Source of the DNA: a virus
Lineage: Duplodnaviria; Caudoviricetes
Reading direction: 5' to 3' (one strand)
Virus record (IMG/VR): IMGVR_UViG_3300029822_001170
Coordinates: 1-38,926 of that record
DNA: 38,926 nucleotides
In this document: piece by piece, positions 1-9,183 of the stretch
Position numbering within the stretch: position 1 is the first letter of the stretch
How the letters are laid out: every line of letters starts with the position of its first letter
Notes under the pieces: model-generated
Databases searched by the model: none
Seen by the model: the letters and a program-made list of their open reading frames with translations, nothing else
What the model was told of the DNA's origin: nothing
Position numbers and translations under genes: made by a program

Positions 1-234
1 ATGGCAAACAAAACACAAAACATCCACAGTTTTAAGAGAGGTTATGGCCTTGTACCGCACAAGGACATTCGCAAAGCAAGGGAAGATATTAAACAAGCTC
101 TGGGAATATCATCACGTTCACAGTGGTATCAGCGTTTAAGCGGGAACATTATCCCAAATGTGGAAGAGAAAGCATCTATTGAAGGAATATTTGCTAAGTA
201 TAAGGTTAAAAAATCTGATGTTTGGGGGGAATAG
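1..234 (+). CDS. Cro/XRE-like small DNA-binding protein
   Basis: 77 aa, basic, HTH-like segment IKQALGISSRSQWYQRLSG; first gene of the early operon. Confidence 0.6.
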   Translation: MANKTQNIHSFKRGYGLVPHKDIRKAREDIKQALGISSRSQWYQRLSGNIIPNVEEKASIEGIFAKYKVKKSDVWGE

Positions 235-236
235 CC

Positions 237-626
237 ATGAATGCCGAGGCCAAGTTAACAAGAAGAGAAACACAGGTGGGGAAACTAATTGCTTGGGGAG
301 CCTGCAAGAAAACAGTTGCCGACCGGTTATATATATCGGTGCATACGGTTGAAAATCATGTTCGCAATATTTTTGAAAAAACAGAGTGCCGGAGCGTGAA
401 TGAATTTTCTGCCTGGTATTTCTGCAAGAATTACGGCATTAGTATGGAGCTTTCACCACTTCGCAATGTGATTGCAATATTATTACTCTCTGTTTATTTA
501 TACGGTGATATCTCAAACACCTTAGATCAGTTTACCAGGCTTCGCACACATAGAACAACAATTGTTGAGCGCAGCAGAATGAGATCCCGACGTGATGACA
601 AAAATTATTATCCCGATATATCATGA
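237..626 (+). CDS. LuxR/GerE-type HTH protein with a hydrophobic C-terminal segment
   Basis: LTRRETQV..IAWG...K.VADRLYISVHTVENHVRNIFEK is a LuxR HTH signature; ATG at 237 preferred over 222. Confidence 0.85.
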   Translation: MNAEAKLTRRETQVGKLIAWGACKKTVADRLYISVHTVENHVRNIFEKTECRSVNEFSAWYFCKNYGISMELSPLRNVIAILLLSVYLYGDISNTLDQFTRLRTHRTTIVERSRMRSRRDDKNYYPDIS

Positions 627-925
627 TAGAGCATTTATTCAATTTTATTTTCACCATCGAAGAGCGCAAAAACATCAGGGCTAGATCCGGTAAGACGGAA
701 CCGTGGAATACCATGAGAAAAGCCTGGATATTATTCGCTTACATGAACGATTACAGCACTCGCGATATAGGCTGGTGCACAAACAGAAATAACAGACAAA
801 CACGTTATCTGCTAGAGAAAGCAGAAGAATTATACAGCGTTAACGATAGAGAATTACACATTTATATAAAGCAGTATGAAAAAAAAGTGGCAAATGCTTG
901 TAGAGTCGGCTCAGAAGTTAATTGA
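623..925 (+). CDS. hypothetical protein, possible HTH
   Basis: ATGA overlap with upstream gene; YSTRDIGWCTNRNNRQTRYLL is HTH-like. Confidence 0.55.
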   Translation: MIEHLFNFIFTIEERKNIRARSGKTEPWNTMRKAWILFAYMNDYSTRDIGWCTNRNNRQTRYLLEKAEELYSVNDRELHIYIKQYEKKVANACRVGSEVN

Positions 926-1370
926 TGATGATGCTGCAGTGATAAACGGCCTAAGAAATGGGCCGGATGTAAATAAAATACGTAAGACATTTCAGAGCAA
1001 CGTAAAGTCATTGAGCAAACAGATAGAAGAGTTCGGCATGTTTGTACCGGATCCGGAACGCGACGAGATTACAATGCCTTTTGATAGTGTAGAATTTACT
1101 GAAGCATGGAACGATTATAAGGAATTCCTATTCGATGTTTTTGGAATAGTCCTGGTACCGGTAGAAGAACGTCGCAGGCTCAACAAGCTTTTCAAGCTCT
1201 CAAAAAAGAATGAAGAAACGGCACTTGAATTCATCGACTTCTATATTACCAGCCGTTATAAATCAATTTTCGCTCTTAAAGACTTCCAGGTAAATAATGA
1301 TAAAGATGAGCCGGGAGATGATGCACCGATAAAAGATGAAAAATTCACATTAAAACGTAATACTATATAA
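876..1370 (+). CDS. phage protein with a helical domain resembling replisome-organiser C-termini
   Basis: PFDSVEFTEAWNDY...RLNKLFKLS...ALEFIDFYITSRYKSIF; paralogous to the N-terminus of 28230..29009; start may be 894. Confidence 0.6.
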   Translation: MKKKWQMLVESAQKLIDDDAAVINGLRNGPDVNKIRKTFQSNVKSLSKQIEEFGMFVPDPERDEITMPFDSVEFTEAWNDYKEFLFDVFGIVLVPVEERRRLNKLFKLSKKNEETALEFIDFYITSRYKSIFALKDFQVNNDKDEPGDDAPIKDEKFTLKRNTI

Positions 1371-1372
1371 CC

Positions 1373-1651
1373 ATGCTAACAGAATTGAATAAAGAAACAC
1401 ACGTGTTCCTGAAAAACGATGACAGTTTTACAACAATTTCGAAACGTCCTACTGACGAAAATTACCAGGTATTTACAACTAAAAAGATTACCTCTCAGAT
1501 GGCAGATGATATCAACAGCCTTTATAGCGCAAATTTGGAGGTTACCAGGATAAACTTTGACCAGGGATTTCTAATAATTAGGCTAAAGAATAAATCATCC
1601 TATAGGCACATAGTGAAAGCAGTTAAAACAGTATTGTATGGCAAAAGTTAA
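1373..1651 (+). CDS. hypothetical protein
   Basis: 92 aa ORF tightly packed in the early operon. Confidence 0.65.
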   Translation: MLTELNKETHVFLKNDDSFTTISKRPTDENYQVFTTKKITSQMADDINSLYSANLEVTRINFDQGFLIIRLKNKSSYRHIVKAVKTVLYGKS

Positions 1652-1823
1652 TCCAAATATCAAGCGCAGGTACAACTTATGTTATCGTGCCAGGAAGAAA
1701 GGATATAGGATAATAACACCGACTCGCACCATCTACCGGCCTAATGAAATAGACAGCAACATAGAGAAACAATTATATGAATTTGGATTCGCAGTACAAC
1801 TAACAATTTACGATCATGAGTGA
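1638..1823 (+). CDS. small basic hypothetical phage protein
   Basis: 61 aa, overlaps both neighbours. Confidence 0.65.
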   Translation: MAKVNPNIKRRYNLCYRARKKGYRIITPTRTIYRPNEIDSNIEKQLYEFGFAVQLTIYDHE

Positions 1824-2415
1824 TTTAAAACAGCAAATATTTGACAAATACCCAAGCTGGTCTGCATTTCTTCAGGACCAGTCACCTGAACAACTGATAG
1901 TGAATTACGACTTCGTGAATAACTTCAATGATGTGTACACTACCTCAGATATTACTCTTAAATTCCTTACAGAATTATACAAGCTGAAGAAATCTTATGC
2001 CGGTTACGAATACCTTGAGAAATGGCTGAATTTTCTAAATGATTTTTTGAATATCAATAAAGGTCTTTCGGCCGGAGTAATCAAACAACTCTCATATATC
2101 TTGTATGCAAAATATAGTCATTTCAGACTATCAGATATGAAACTTCTTTTCAATTACATCCTCGATTCAAGATACGGAACATTTTACGGATCTATAGACA
2201 CGCAGAGAATTGCTTCAAGTTTTTATGAGTATAACCTTGAGAGAAAAGATGCATTCCTGAAGATAGAGGCAAAAATCGCTGAGCAAGAGAAGAAAGAAGA
2301 AAGAGACAGACCGGTTGGATTGCCTGACTTCTCAAAATATCCAAATTTGGCACGTTACTTCAATAAACCTAATGCAGATTTAGTTGACGACCTGGCAAAA
2401 TCGAAATCGGTATGA
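1816..2415 (+). CDS. phage replication-region protein (DUF6633-like)
   Basis: FRLSDMKLLF....SRYGTFYGSIDTQRI motif; paralogous to the C-terminus of 28230..29009. Confidence 0.6.
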   Translation: MSDLKQQIFDKYPSWSAFLQDQSPEQLIVNYDFVNNFNDVYTTSDITLKFLTELYKLKKSYAGYEYLEKWLNFLNDFLNINKGLSAGVIKQLSYILYAKYSHFRLSDMKLLFNYILDSRYGTFYGSIDTQRIASSFYEYNLERKDAFLKIEAKIAEQEKKEERDRPVGLPDFSKYPNLARYFNKPNADLVDDLAKSKSV

Positions 2416-2711
2416 TACTATCGCTCACATTATTCTGTACAAATGTTCCTGAATTTAAGGTCAGATATCACAAGGCATTTCACCTTCACCAGATGCTTGA
2501 AAGATTTGACAGGTTGAATGTGAGCACAATTGAGTTCTATGACATTCTAAGATCAATTAATGATCACGTGAAAGCAATTGACAACTATTATCGCAACTCT
2601 GATTCAATCACAACAGATATATCGTATTTGAATCCAGGACCAACTCACATGATAGAGTTCAGATTAAACACATACAGATCATTATTAATTGCAAAGCAAC
2701 ATTACACTTAA
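2412..2711 (+). CDS. hypothetical protein
   Basis: ATGA-coupled 99 aa ORF followed by a terminator. Confidence 0.6.
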   Translation: MILSLTLFCTNVPEFKVRYHKAFHLHQMLERFDRLNVSTIEFYDILRSINDHVKAIDNYYRNSDSITTDISYLNPGPTHMIEFRLNTYRSLLIAKQHYT

Positions 2712-2726
2712 CTATTTTTTTCATGC

Positions 2727-2762
2727 AACAGCCTAAGCTGTGAAGTTTGGGCTGTTTTTTTT
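2727..2762 (+). terminator. intrinsic terminator
   Basis: AACAGCCTAAGCT-gtga-AGTTTGGGCTGTT followed by a T-run. Confidence 0.75.
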
Positions 2763-2789
2763 AAAGCAACTAACTTAAAATTAAATCTT

Positions 2790-3020
2790 ATGAGCACTCA
2801 ATTATCTTTTTTAGAACCGGTTATAACTCGCAGAACATACGTGAGAGACCGAAGCGGCCGTTTCGCTAATAAACAACGGCTGGAAGTTGAAGAAGCAAAG
2901 CAAAGTGCTGTACACTACAGGCAAATGTACGAAGCGGAAAGGCGTAAATTATTGCCGATCCTAAGACGCTTAATCAGAGCAGAACGAGAATTACATAACT
3001 TAAAAAATAGATATATATGA
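2790..3020 (+). CDS. hypothetical protein (RDRSGRF motif, coiled coil)
   Basis: 76 aa ORF with an AT-rich leader. Confidence 0.7.
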   Translation: MSTQLSFLEPVITRRTYVRDRSGRFANKQRLEVEEAKQSAVHYRQMYEAERRKLLPILRRLIRAERELHNLKNRYI

Positions 3021-3256
3021 AAACAATAAAAAGATTAAAAGTAGAAGTTACATACAATATAGAATTATTGGATGTAGAAGTTCCAGACGAAGTATATGAA
3101 GTTCTTTCATCAGAAGGTCAAGTTGGAAGTGGCATATACCCTATGAGTGGTAATGAAGAAGTTGCATTAGAATGGCTTGGAGAAAATATTCATGAGGCAG
3201 ATGCACTTGATTGGGAGTATGAATATGATGGAATTGATTATAACAGCTATGAGTAA
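3017..3256 (+). CDS. acidic hypothetical phage protein
   Basis: 79 aa, ATGA-coupled. Confidence 0.7.
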   Translation: MKTIKRLKVEVTYNIELLDVEVPDEVYEVLSSEGQVGSGIYPMSGNEEVALEWLGENIHEADALDWEYEYDGIDYNSYE

Positions 3257-3695
3257 AAAAATTAAATACGAAGTAATTAAATGCCCAGCTTGTAATGCTG
3301 TTCAAGTGGCAGAAGCTGTTGAATCATGGCCTTGGTGGGGTTATGTTCATAATTGCCAAGAATGTAATTATACAATAATGGAGAGCGAATGGGATGTTGC
3401 GGAAGAGTGCAAAATTTATCTTTCAGGCAAAATAACCGGACTTCCACAACAGGAGGCAATTGATAATTTTAAACGCGTCGAAATAAAGCTTCTACATGAA
3501 GGGTATCATGTTGTAAACCCTATCAGAAACGGATTACCTGAGGGTACAAAATGGAATGTTCACATGAAAGCGGATATTAAAATGATGATGGATTGCCACC
3601 TTGTTTATATGCTGGATAATTGGAGAAGTTCAAAGGGAGCTCAAATTGAAAAGGAGCTAGCAGAAAGTTTAGGATATAAAATTATTTACCAATAG
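3249..3695 (+). CDS. Zn-ribbon plus DUF4406-like (nucleoside deoxyribosyltransferase-like) protein
   Basis: CPAC..CQEC, then KIYLSGKITG...VVNP...W..HMKADI.MMMDC..VYML.NW.SSKGA.IE..LA; ATG at 3249 preferred over 3177. Confidence 0.8.
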   Translation: MSKKIKYEVIKCPACNAVQVAEAVESWPWWGYVHNCQECNYTIMESEWDVAEECKIYLSGKITGLPQQEAIDNFKRVEIKLLHEGYHVVNPIRNGLPEGTKWNVHMKADIKMMMDCHLVYMLDNWRSSKGAQIEKELAESLGYKIIYQ

Positions 3696-3702
3696 TGTCA
3701 TC

Positions 3703-3882
3703 ATGAACGCAAAGCAATTTTTCAAAACAGTAGTCAAAATGAGAGAAGCGCAAAAGCTTTATTTCAAAACAAAATCATCAATGAGCCTTAATGATGCTAA
3801 AGAATTGGAGAGAATCATTGACAAAGAAATAGAGCGTGTGAATGACTTAATAAATAAGAAACTTAACCCTACAATTTGGTAA
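3703..3882 (+). CDS. small helical phage protein (59 aa, below the ORF-track cut-off)
   Basis: Translated by hand: MNAKQFFKTVVKMREAQKLYFKTKSSMSLNDAKELERIIDKEIERVNDLINKKLNPTIW*; fills the gap in the operon. Confidence 0.7.
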   Translation: MNAKQFFKTVVKMREAQKLYFKTKSSMSLNDAKELERIIDKEIERVNDLINKKLNPTIW

Positions 3883-3884
3883 CC

Positions 3885-4103
3885 ATGGCAAAGAAAAAAG
3901 GAGGTTTTACGAACAAATTTGAAGAAAATGCGCTCCGGGAGAGCGCTTTAATTATTTCTGAGAAATCACAAGGAATGTTCAGTGATCTGGTGCCACATCG
4001 GATAAATGCAACCACTATCATTCTGATAAATCCAAATATAGACAGAGACAAACAGGTGAAAAACTACCTGGCTAAACTAGAAAGCAATAGACTTAGATAT
4101 TAA
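3885..4103 (+). CDS. hypothetical protein
   Basis: ATG at 3885 within ORF 3876..4103, in operon. Confidence 0.6.
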   Translation: MAKKKGGFTNKFEENALRESALIISEKSQGMFSDLVPHRINATTIILINPNIDRDKQVKNYLAKLESNRLRY

Positions 4104-4109
4104 AATAAA

Positions 4110-5375
4110 ATGAGCATAATTAAACTACCTGAGATTAACGCCGGTGCCCTGGAATTCGTGGATGATCGTATACAGGACATTGTAGACACCATTAACGAGG
4201 CATTTGTTGTGAGGACATCATGTCTGGATCCAAGTAAATTTAGCATTGAAAGTAAAGATAAAAGCAGATACCGGTACAAGCCCACAATGGACACCTTATA
4301 TCTGTATTTGAAAGGTATTGGCAAATCAGTATCTCGCACAGATTTACGCATACTCTTGAGAGATCAGAATTACTTTGACCAGGAGAATCCTGTTCTTAAT
4401 TATTTTGACTCAATCAGAGGCACGTACAAGGGCGAAAGCCACATCGATAGGCTTTGCCATCACATTACACCGCGAGTGTTCGATAAAGAGCCTGATTACT
4501 ATCGTGAGCGTATGAATCATCTAATAAAGAAGTGGATGGTTGCAAGCGTGGCCCAGTGGAAAGATGGTTTCCCTAATTCTGTGGCACTCGGATTCATCTC
4601 TATGGAGGAATATATCGGGAAAACATTTTTAACCCGCTATTTCCTTCCTGAAGAGCTTGAAGGTTATTACGTACAACCTGAGAATGACAGCAAATTTTCA
4701 CTCTCTGATGTATTCACACGCTATCTGATCGTTTGTTTTGATGATCTTGTAGGTATCAATAGAGGCGTGTCCAGGATAGAAGAGTTTAAAAAATACACAA
4801 GATCAAAAAGGATCCTTGTACAGAGGCGCAATGATGAATTCCCTACCGAGAGGCCACGTGTAGCAGTAAACATGTTTACAGCCAACAGGACGGCCGAAAT
4901 GGGCGGCTTTTTAAGTCAACATCATGGTACCAGCAGATTCGGCACAATAGAGATCGATAAGATAGATAAACGCTACTCACAACGAGTTAAAGTTGATCAG
5001 ATGTGGGCAGAAGCACTTATGCTTTACGAAAATTCAGAATTCGATCCTTTCTACAGTGATGAATATATTGAAGAACTGAAAGAATATAACAATCGGTATA
5101 TGATACAAACAGATGAAGAGAAGTATGTGAAGCTTTATATCCTTCCTCCGGACGATTCTGAGGAAGTTGAAGATGAAGAAGCAGATTGGTTCACCGCCAG
5201 TGAGATTGTGAATCGTTTAAGGCAGGAAAGAAAGATTCTGTCGGCCGATCGAATGAGAGTTACACCTCAGACAGTAGGGAAAGCATTAAGTTCTTTAGGA
5301 TTTAAAAAAGAATCTAAGCGCGGACCAAAAAAGGATTACCCCGAGTATAAGTATAGGGTGAAATTTAATTTTTAA
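4110..5375 (+). CDS. VapE/VirE-like P-loop ATPase (putative replicative helicase)
   Basis: NPVLNYF, KKWMVASVA, Walker A-like EEYIGKT, Walker B VCFDD, FTAN, GTSRF, DQMWAEA; C-terminal wHTH-like region. Confidence 0.8.
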   Translation: MSIIKLPEINAGALEFVDDRIQDIVDTINEAFVVRTSCLDPSKFSIESKDKSRYRYKPTMDTLYLYLKGIGKSVSRTDLRILLRDQNYFDQENPVLNYFDSIRGTYKGESHIDRLCHHITPRVFDKEPDYYRERMNHLIKKWMVASVAQWKDGFPNSVALGFISMEEYIGKTFLTRYFLPEELEGYYVQPENDSKFSLSDVFTRYLIVCFDDLVGINRGVSRIEEFKKYTRSKRILVQRRNDEFPTERPRVAVNMFTANRTAEMGGFLSQHHGTSRFGTIEIDKIDKRYSQRVKVDQMWAEALMLYENSEFDPFYSDEYIEELKEYNNRYMIQTDEEKYVKLYILPPDDSEEVEDEEADWFTASEIVNRLRQERKILSADRMRVTPQTVGKALSSLGFKKESKRGPKKDYPEYKYRVKFNF

Positions 5376-5389
5376 TGATTATGGATATG

Positions 5390-5700
5390 ATGATGGGTGA
5401 TGCATGTATTATATATATAATATACTTATTATTAGATAGTTATAATAATATATATTTTTTTTATGTACGTAAATATTTTATTTGCAAAAAAAGTTCACTA
5501 CTTACTACAACCACTTTCAAATCTTTTACAGGATTATGTTTGCGATGTAGTAGGCTGTTTAAACAAGTTACTACAAAGTTACTACATTTTTTCAGGTGTT
5601 TGTTTGCATACTTAAATATAAATGTCTATATTTCAATTAGATATGTATGTTGTAGTATGTAGTAAGTAATTTAAAATTACGAGAATATTATTTTTTTTCA
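5390..5700. other. putative replication origin (AT-rich tract plus ACTACA repeats)
   Basis: Very AT-rich at about 5405-5495; AAGTTACTACA tandem at 5565-5586; TACTTACTACA 5499-5509 inverted at 5658-5668; directly after the VapE-like gene. Confidence 0.55.
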
Positions 5701-5706
5701 CTGCTT

Positions 5707-6210
5707 ATGAATGACAATAGACCATACATTACAATCAACTTGAAACCAATTTTGCACGACTTCATGCTGCACGAATTTAATAGCACTGAAGATGGCGCAA
5801 TCCTGCTAACAGAAAGGCACGACATAGGGCGTTACATTAACACCATGTGGTCGGTATCCGACAAACCGGTTAAGGAAAAAGAGTATATGTTTCCGGTGAA
5901 GATGATCATCCCACTCAAGTCAAATAGTGCCTACATCCTTAAGTATAATTTCATTCATGTTACTACATGGAAGCACGTACAAATTATCAACTACATAGAG
6001 GCAGAATTTCAAAGGAGAATTAAAGATTACTTCTCTATCGGATATGAAAAGAAATTCAAGCAAGTTGACATTATTAATGGCTTCCTGCAGGCTTATAACA
6101 TCAAGAATAATCAATTGAATTTCGATCAGGTTAAGAAATTAGATTACCGGAATCGTTACAGATTTCGCGAATCTATTGCAAAATCAATAGAATTATCTAT
6201 AATTCAATGA
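5707..6210 (+). CDS. hypothetical protein, candidate late-gene activator
   Basis: 167 aa; lies between the replication and head modules; basic C-terminus KKLDYRNRYR; function inferred from position only. Confidence 0.5.
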   Translation: MNDNRPYITINLKPILHDFMLHEFNSTEDGAILLTERHDIGRYINTMWSVSDKPVKEKEYMFPVKMIIPLKSNSAYILKYNFIHVTTWKHVQIINYIEAEFQRRIKDYFSIGYEKKFKQVDIINGFLQAYNIKNNQLNFDQVKKLDYRNRYRFRESIAKSIELSIIQ

Positions 6211-6273
6211 GTTAAAAATAATTTCACTGAATTGTGAAAATAATCATACAAATCAATTAATAATTTCACTGAT

Positions 6274-6696
6274 ATGAAGCGTAGCAACCAGGATTTAAGG
6301 AGTAGCATCTGTAATATATTTTACAGCAATGCAAGTGAATGTTCGATGATAGATGTTCCGGGGATACCTTGGGTTCAAGTGATCACAAGTTGGGAACCGT
6401 TGAATTACATGAGTGCTGAGCTCAAAGAAGAGGAGCCTATAAAAGGAGAAATGATCAATCAGGAAATCAATATTCGCATCCTGGGCAAAAGTGCGGAGAT
6501 TGATCAGCAGCTTAACGAACTTGTTTCAAAGCCTGTCATTTTACTACTAGTATATACTAATGGTGAATTCAGAGTTGTAGGTAATACTGAAAATCCTGTT
6601 GTATTATCTCAGGAAAATGCTGGTATTTTACCAGGCACAAATTTGTTTTCAAAACGAACATCTGCAGAAAAGGCTAAAATATTGCCGTCCTTTTGA
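6274..6696 (+). CDS. hypothetical structural protein (weak similarity to the tail tube 9184..9753)
   Basis: VILLLVYTNGEFRVVGNTENPVVL vs GAIVIPCDGDDARIAGSPCVPLVM. Confidence 0.55.
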   Translation: MKRSNQDLRSSICNIFYSNASECSMIDVPGIPWVQVITSWEPLNYMSAELKEEEPIKGEMINQEINIRILGKSAEIDQQLNELVSKPVILLLVYTNGEFRVVGNTENPVVLSQENAGILPGTNLFSKRTSAEKAKILPSF

Positions 6697-6721
6697 AAGC
6701 ACCGGTTTCATTGTAAAATTG
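6687..6721 (+). promoter_or_regulatory. putative late promoter 1 (GTCCTTTT-N19-TAAAATTG)
   Basis: Same motif and spacing at four late operon starts. Confidence 0.65.
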
Positions 6722-6740
6722 CAGTATAAAAGCTTTTACA

Positions 6741-7646
6741 ATGAAATCGAATTATTTAATAACTACCTTACTTCGTGGAAAATGGTTTATCGACCACAGA
6801 GTTGACATTGAAACCAGCGAAATAATCGATAAGATCCTCAATAGAGGTTTCGCGGGTGACACATCGATACTGTCGGACAATAAACCTTTTTCATATTCAA
6901 TAATATCAACTAATGGCGCCATTCCGGTTGCTCAAGATATACCGGAAGGAATTCCATACGACACTACAGCCGTTTTCTTAATCGAAGGTACCATGCTCAA
7001 GCAAGGTTCATTGAGCCATTACGGCACTACAGAAATTGCAGCTGCTATCAAAAAGGCAGTTGAACACGACAGAATTACCAGCATAGTTTTACGAATTGAT
7101 TCAGGCGGTGGGGCAATTGACTCCATTGCTCCACTTGTTGATGTTATTCAGCTTGCACGTGAAAAAGGTAAGCCGGTGGTAGCATCATGCGACTTGTGTG
7201 CCAGTGCTGCCTACTTTGTTGCTACCTATTGCAATGAAATTCATGCCGACAATGATATAAGTGCAGAATTCGGATCAATAGGTGTGATGATGTCATTTCG
7301 AGACTATAAGAAGTATTATGAAAAAGAGGGTATTACTGAACATCGTATTTATTCAAACCTAAGTGAGCATAAGAACCAACCTCTTGAGCTTGCAATTCAG
7401 GGTAAATATGATATGATCAAAGAAGAGATGCTGGATCCGCTCGCAGTTAGATTTCAGAAAGCTGTTACCGGAAATATGGCAGGACTTGACACTAAGGTTG
7501 AAGGGATCCTGTCCGGAAAAACATTTTATGCAGATGCTGCACTTAAAAATGGAATGATACACGCTATTGGTGATCTTGATTTCTCAATTGTCAGGGCACG
7601 CAAATTACGTGAAAGTAGCTTAATTAATAAATATACAAACTCCTAA
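6741..7646 (+). CDS. S49 (SppA/ClpP-like) prohead protease
   Basis: IVLRIDSGGG, CASAAYFVA, FGSIGV motifs. Confidence 0.92.
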   Translation: MKSNYLITTLLRGKWFIDHRVDIETSEIIDKILNRGFAGDTSILSDNKPFSYSIISTNGAIPVAQDIPEGIPYDTTAVFLIEGTMLKQGSLSHYGTTEIAAAIKKAVEHDRITSIVLRIDSGGGAIDSIAPLVDVIQLAREKGKPVVASCDLCASAAYFVATYCNEIHADNDISAEFGSIGVMMSFRDYKKYYEKEGITEHRIYSNLSEHKNQPLELAIQGKYDMIKEEMLDPLAVRFQKAVTGNMAGLDTKVEGILSGKTFYADAALKNGMIHAIGDLDFSIVRARKLRESSLINKYTNS

Positions 7647-7657
7647 ATTTTATTGAA

Positions 7658-9112
7658 ATGTTTAAACAAATTCTTGCATTAGTTCTATCAAAATTAGGAA
7701 TGAGCCAGCTTCCTGTAAATAAGGAAGGCAGTTCATTCTTAACTGATGATATGAAGGCTAAGCTGACAGAAGAATGGGGCGACAAATTTGTCACCAAATT
7801 CGAAACTGAATTGGCTGAAGCCGAAAAGGCCGGTGTTAAAATTGATGCTGAGTCTGAAGATGTGATCGCGCTGAGAAGTCAGCTCGACAAAATGAAAACG
7901 GATCTCGATGCCGCTTTAAGCAGCAAAAAGGAAACTGCTGATGAAAAGGCAGAACTTGAAAAGAAAGTTGAATTGCTTTCTAAAACTGAAGAACCAGACA
8001 AACCAAAAGAAATTCCTGTAGGTAATATGGGTGTAAAAAGAGAATTCAAGCCTAATATGGGCTATGCTCACAATAAATACGTTGACGCGTATTTTCGTGG
8101 TGATGTTGGTGCAATGTATTCAACTGACACAACAATTGATACAGCCGAACTTCAAACTGAATTTGGCAAGTATGTAGCCGGTGGAAAAGTGGATATCATG
8201 CGCTCTCTAATGGGTGATCTGACAGACACTCAATTCATGACCACTATCGTAACTGATAAAACTGAATGGCGTGCGGCTCAGGCTGACATCGATTCAGTAC
8301 TTCAGCAATTCACACCCTACTGGACACCTTCTGGTAAAGTAACTTTCTCACCTATCACTATTAAGAATTTCTTCTTGAAAGTGAATCAGCCAATTAAACC
8401 TGCTGATATAATTGATCAGTATTTGGGTTACATGTATGACGAAAATCTGACACCTGATCAGATGCCAATCGTGAAATACATCGTTGACGAACTGATCTTG
8501 CCAAAATTAGCCGAAGATCTTCAGGTGGCAATGGCAAAGGGTGAATTTGTTGAGTTTACACCTGCCGGTGATGGAACTGCAGCTTCTGAAGGGCATGTTC
8601 TTGCATCCATGGACGGATATGTAACTCAGCTGACAAAGCTGAAAGCAATTGTTGGTAATAAAGTTACCTGGTTACTTGACGGTGTTGCTCTCACTCGTGA
8701 GAACATTCTTGAGTCTATTGAAGGTATTGTTTCTTCAGTTGCTCCCAAATATCGCAACAAACGTTTGCCGATCTATATCGACCCTGACCTGGTACGCTTG
8801 TATAACTTGGCTTATCGCGACAAGTTCCCGACTACCAAAAATCAGGATGTGAATGAAAACCGTTTGGACTTCACAAACTTCTACTTCCAACCGATGGATG
8901 GAATGATTGGCACCGGTGCATTTGTGCTTACTCCAAAAGAGAACTTCAAGCACACAATGAGTAAAAATCACAACGAAGTCAAGATCTACCTGCAGGTACT
9001 TAACTACGATGTGAAAGTATTCATTGAGTTCCGTAAAGGTTGTGGATTTGCAATTCAGGAAGCTCTGTTTGCATACCTGCCTCCTGTTGAAGAGCCTGAA
9101 GGTGGTGCATAA
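7658..9112 (+). CDS. major capsid protein with an N-terminal coiled-coil scaffold-like region
   Basis: 484 aa after the protease; charged N-terminal coiled coil; followed by a terminator. Confidence 0.8.
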   Translation: MFKQILALVLSKLGMSQLPVNKEGSSFLTDDMKAKLTEEWGDKFVTKFETELAEAEKAGVKIDAESEDVIALRSQLDKMKTDLDAALSSKKETADEKAELEKKVELLSKTEEPDKPKEIPVGNMGVKREFKPNMGYAHNKYVDAYFRGDVGAMYSTDTTIDTAELQTEFGKYVAGGKVDIMRSLMGDLTDTQFMTTIVTDKTEWRAAQADIDSVLQQFTPYWTPSGKVTFSPITIKNFFLKVNQPIKPADIIDQYLGYMYDENLTPDQMPIVKYIVDELILPKLAEDLQVAMAKGEFVEFTPAGDGTAASEGHVLASMDGYVTQLTKLKAIVGNKVTWLLDGVALTRENILESIEGIVSSVAPKYRNKRLPIYIDPDLVRLYNLAYRDKFPTTKNQDVNENRLDFTNFYFQPMDGMIGTGAFVLTPKENFKHTMSKNHNEVKIYLQVLNYDVKVFIEFRKGCGFAIQEALFAYLPPVEEPEGGA

Positions 9113-9121
9113 CCACATAGA

Positions 9122-9151
9122 GTCGGGGGATAACTCCCCCGGCTATATTTT
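9122..9151 (+). terminator. hairpin/terminator after capsid
   Basis: GTCGGGGGA-taac-TCCCCCGGC then tatatttt. Confidence 0.6.
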
Positions 9152-9183
9152 ATTAATGTTGAACAATATAAAAAATAAATAAA

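Noticed and set aside
5375-5662. 95-aa ORF after the VapE-like gene
   Set aside because: Low-complexity translation of the AT-rich, repeat-containing origin-like region.
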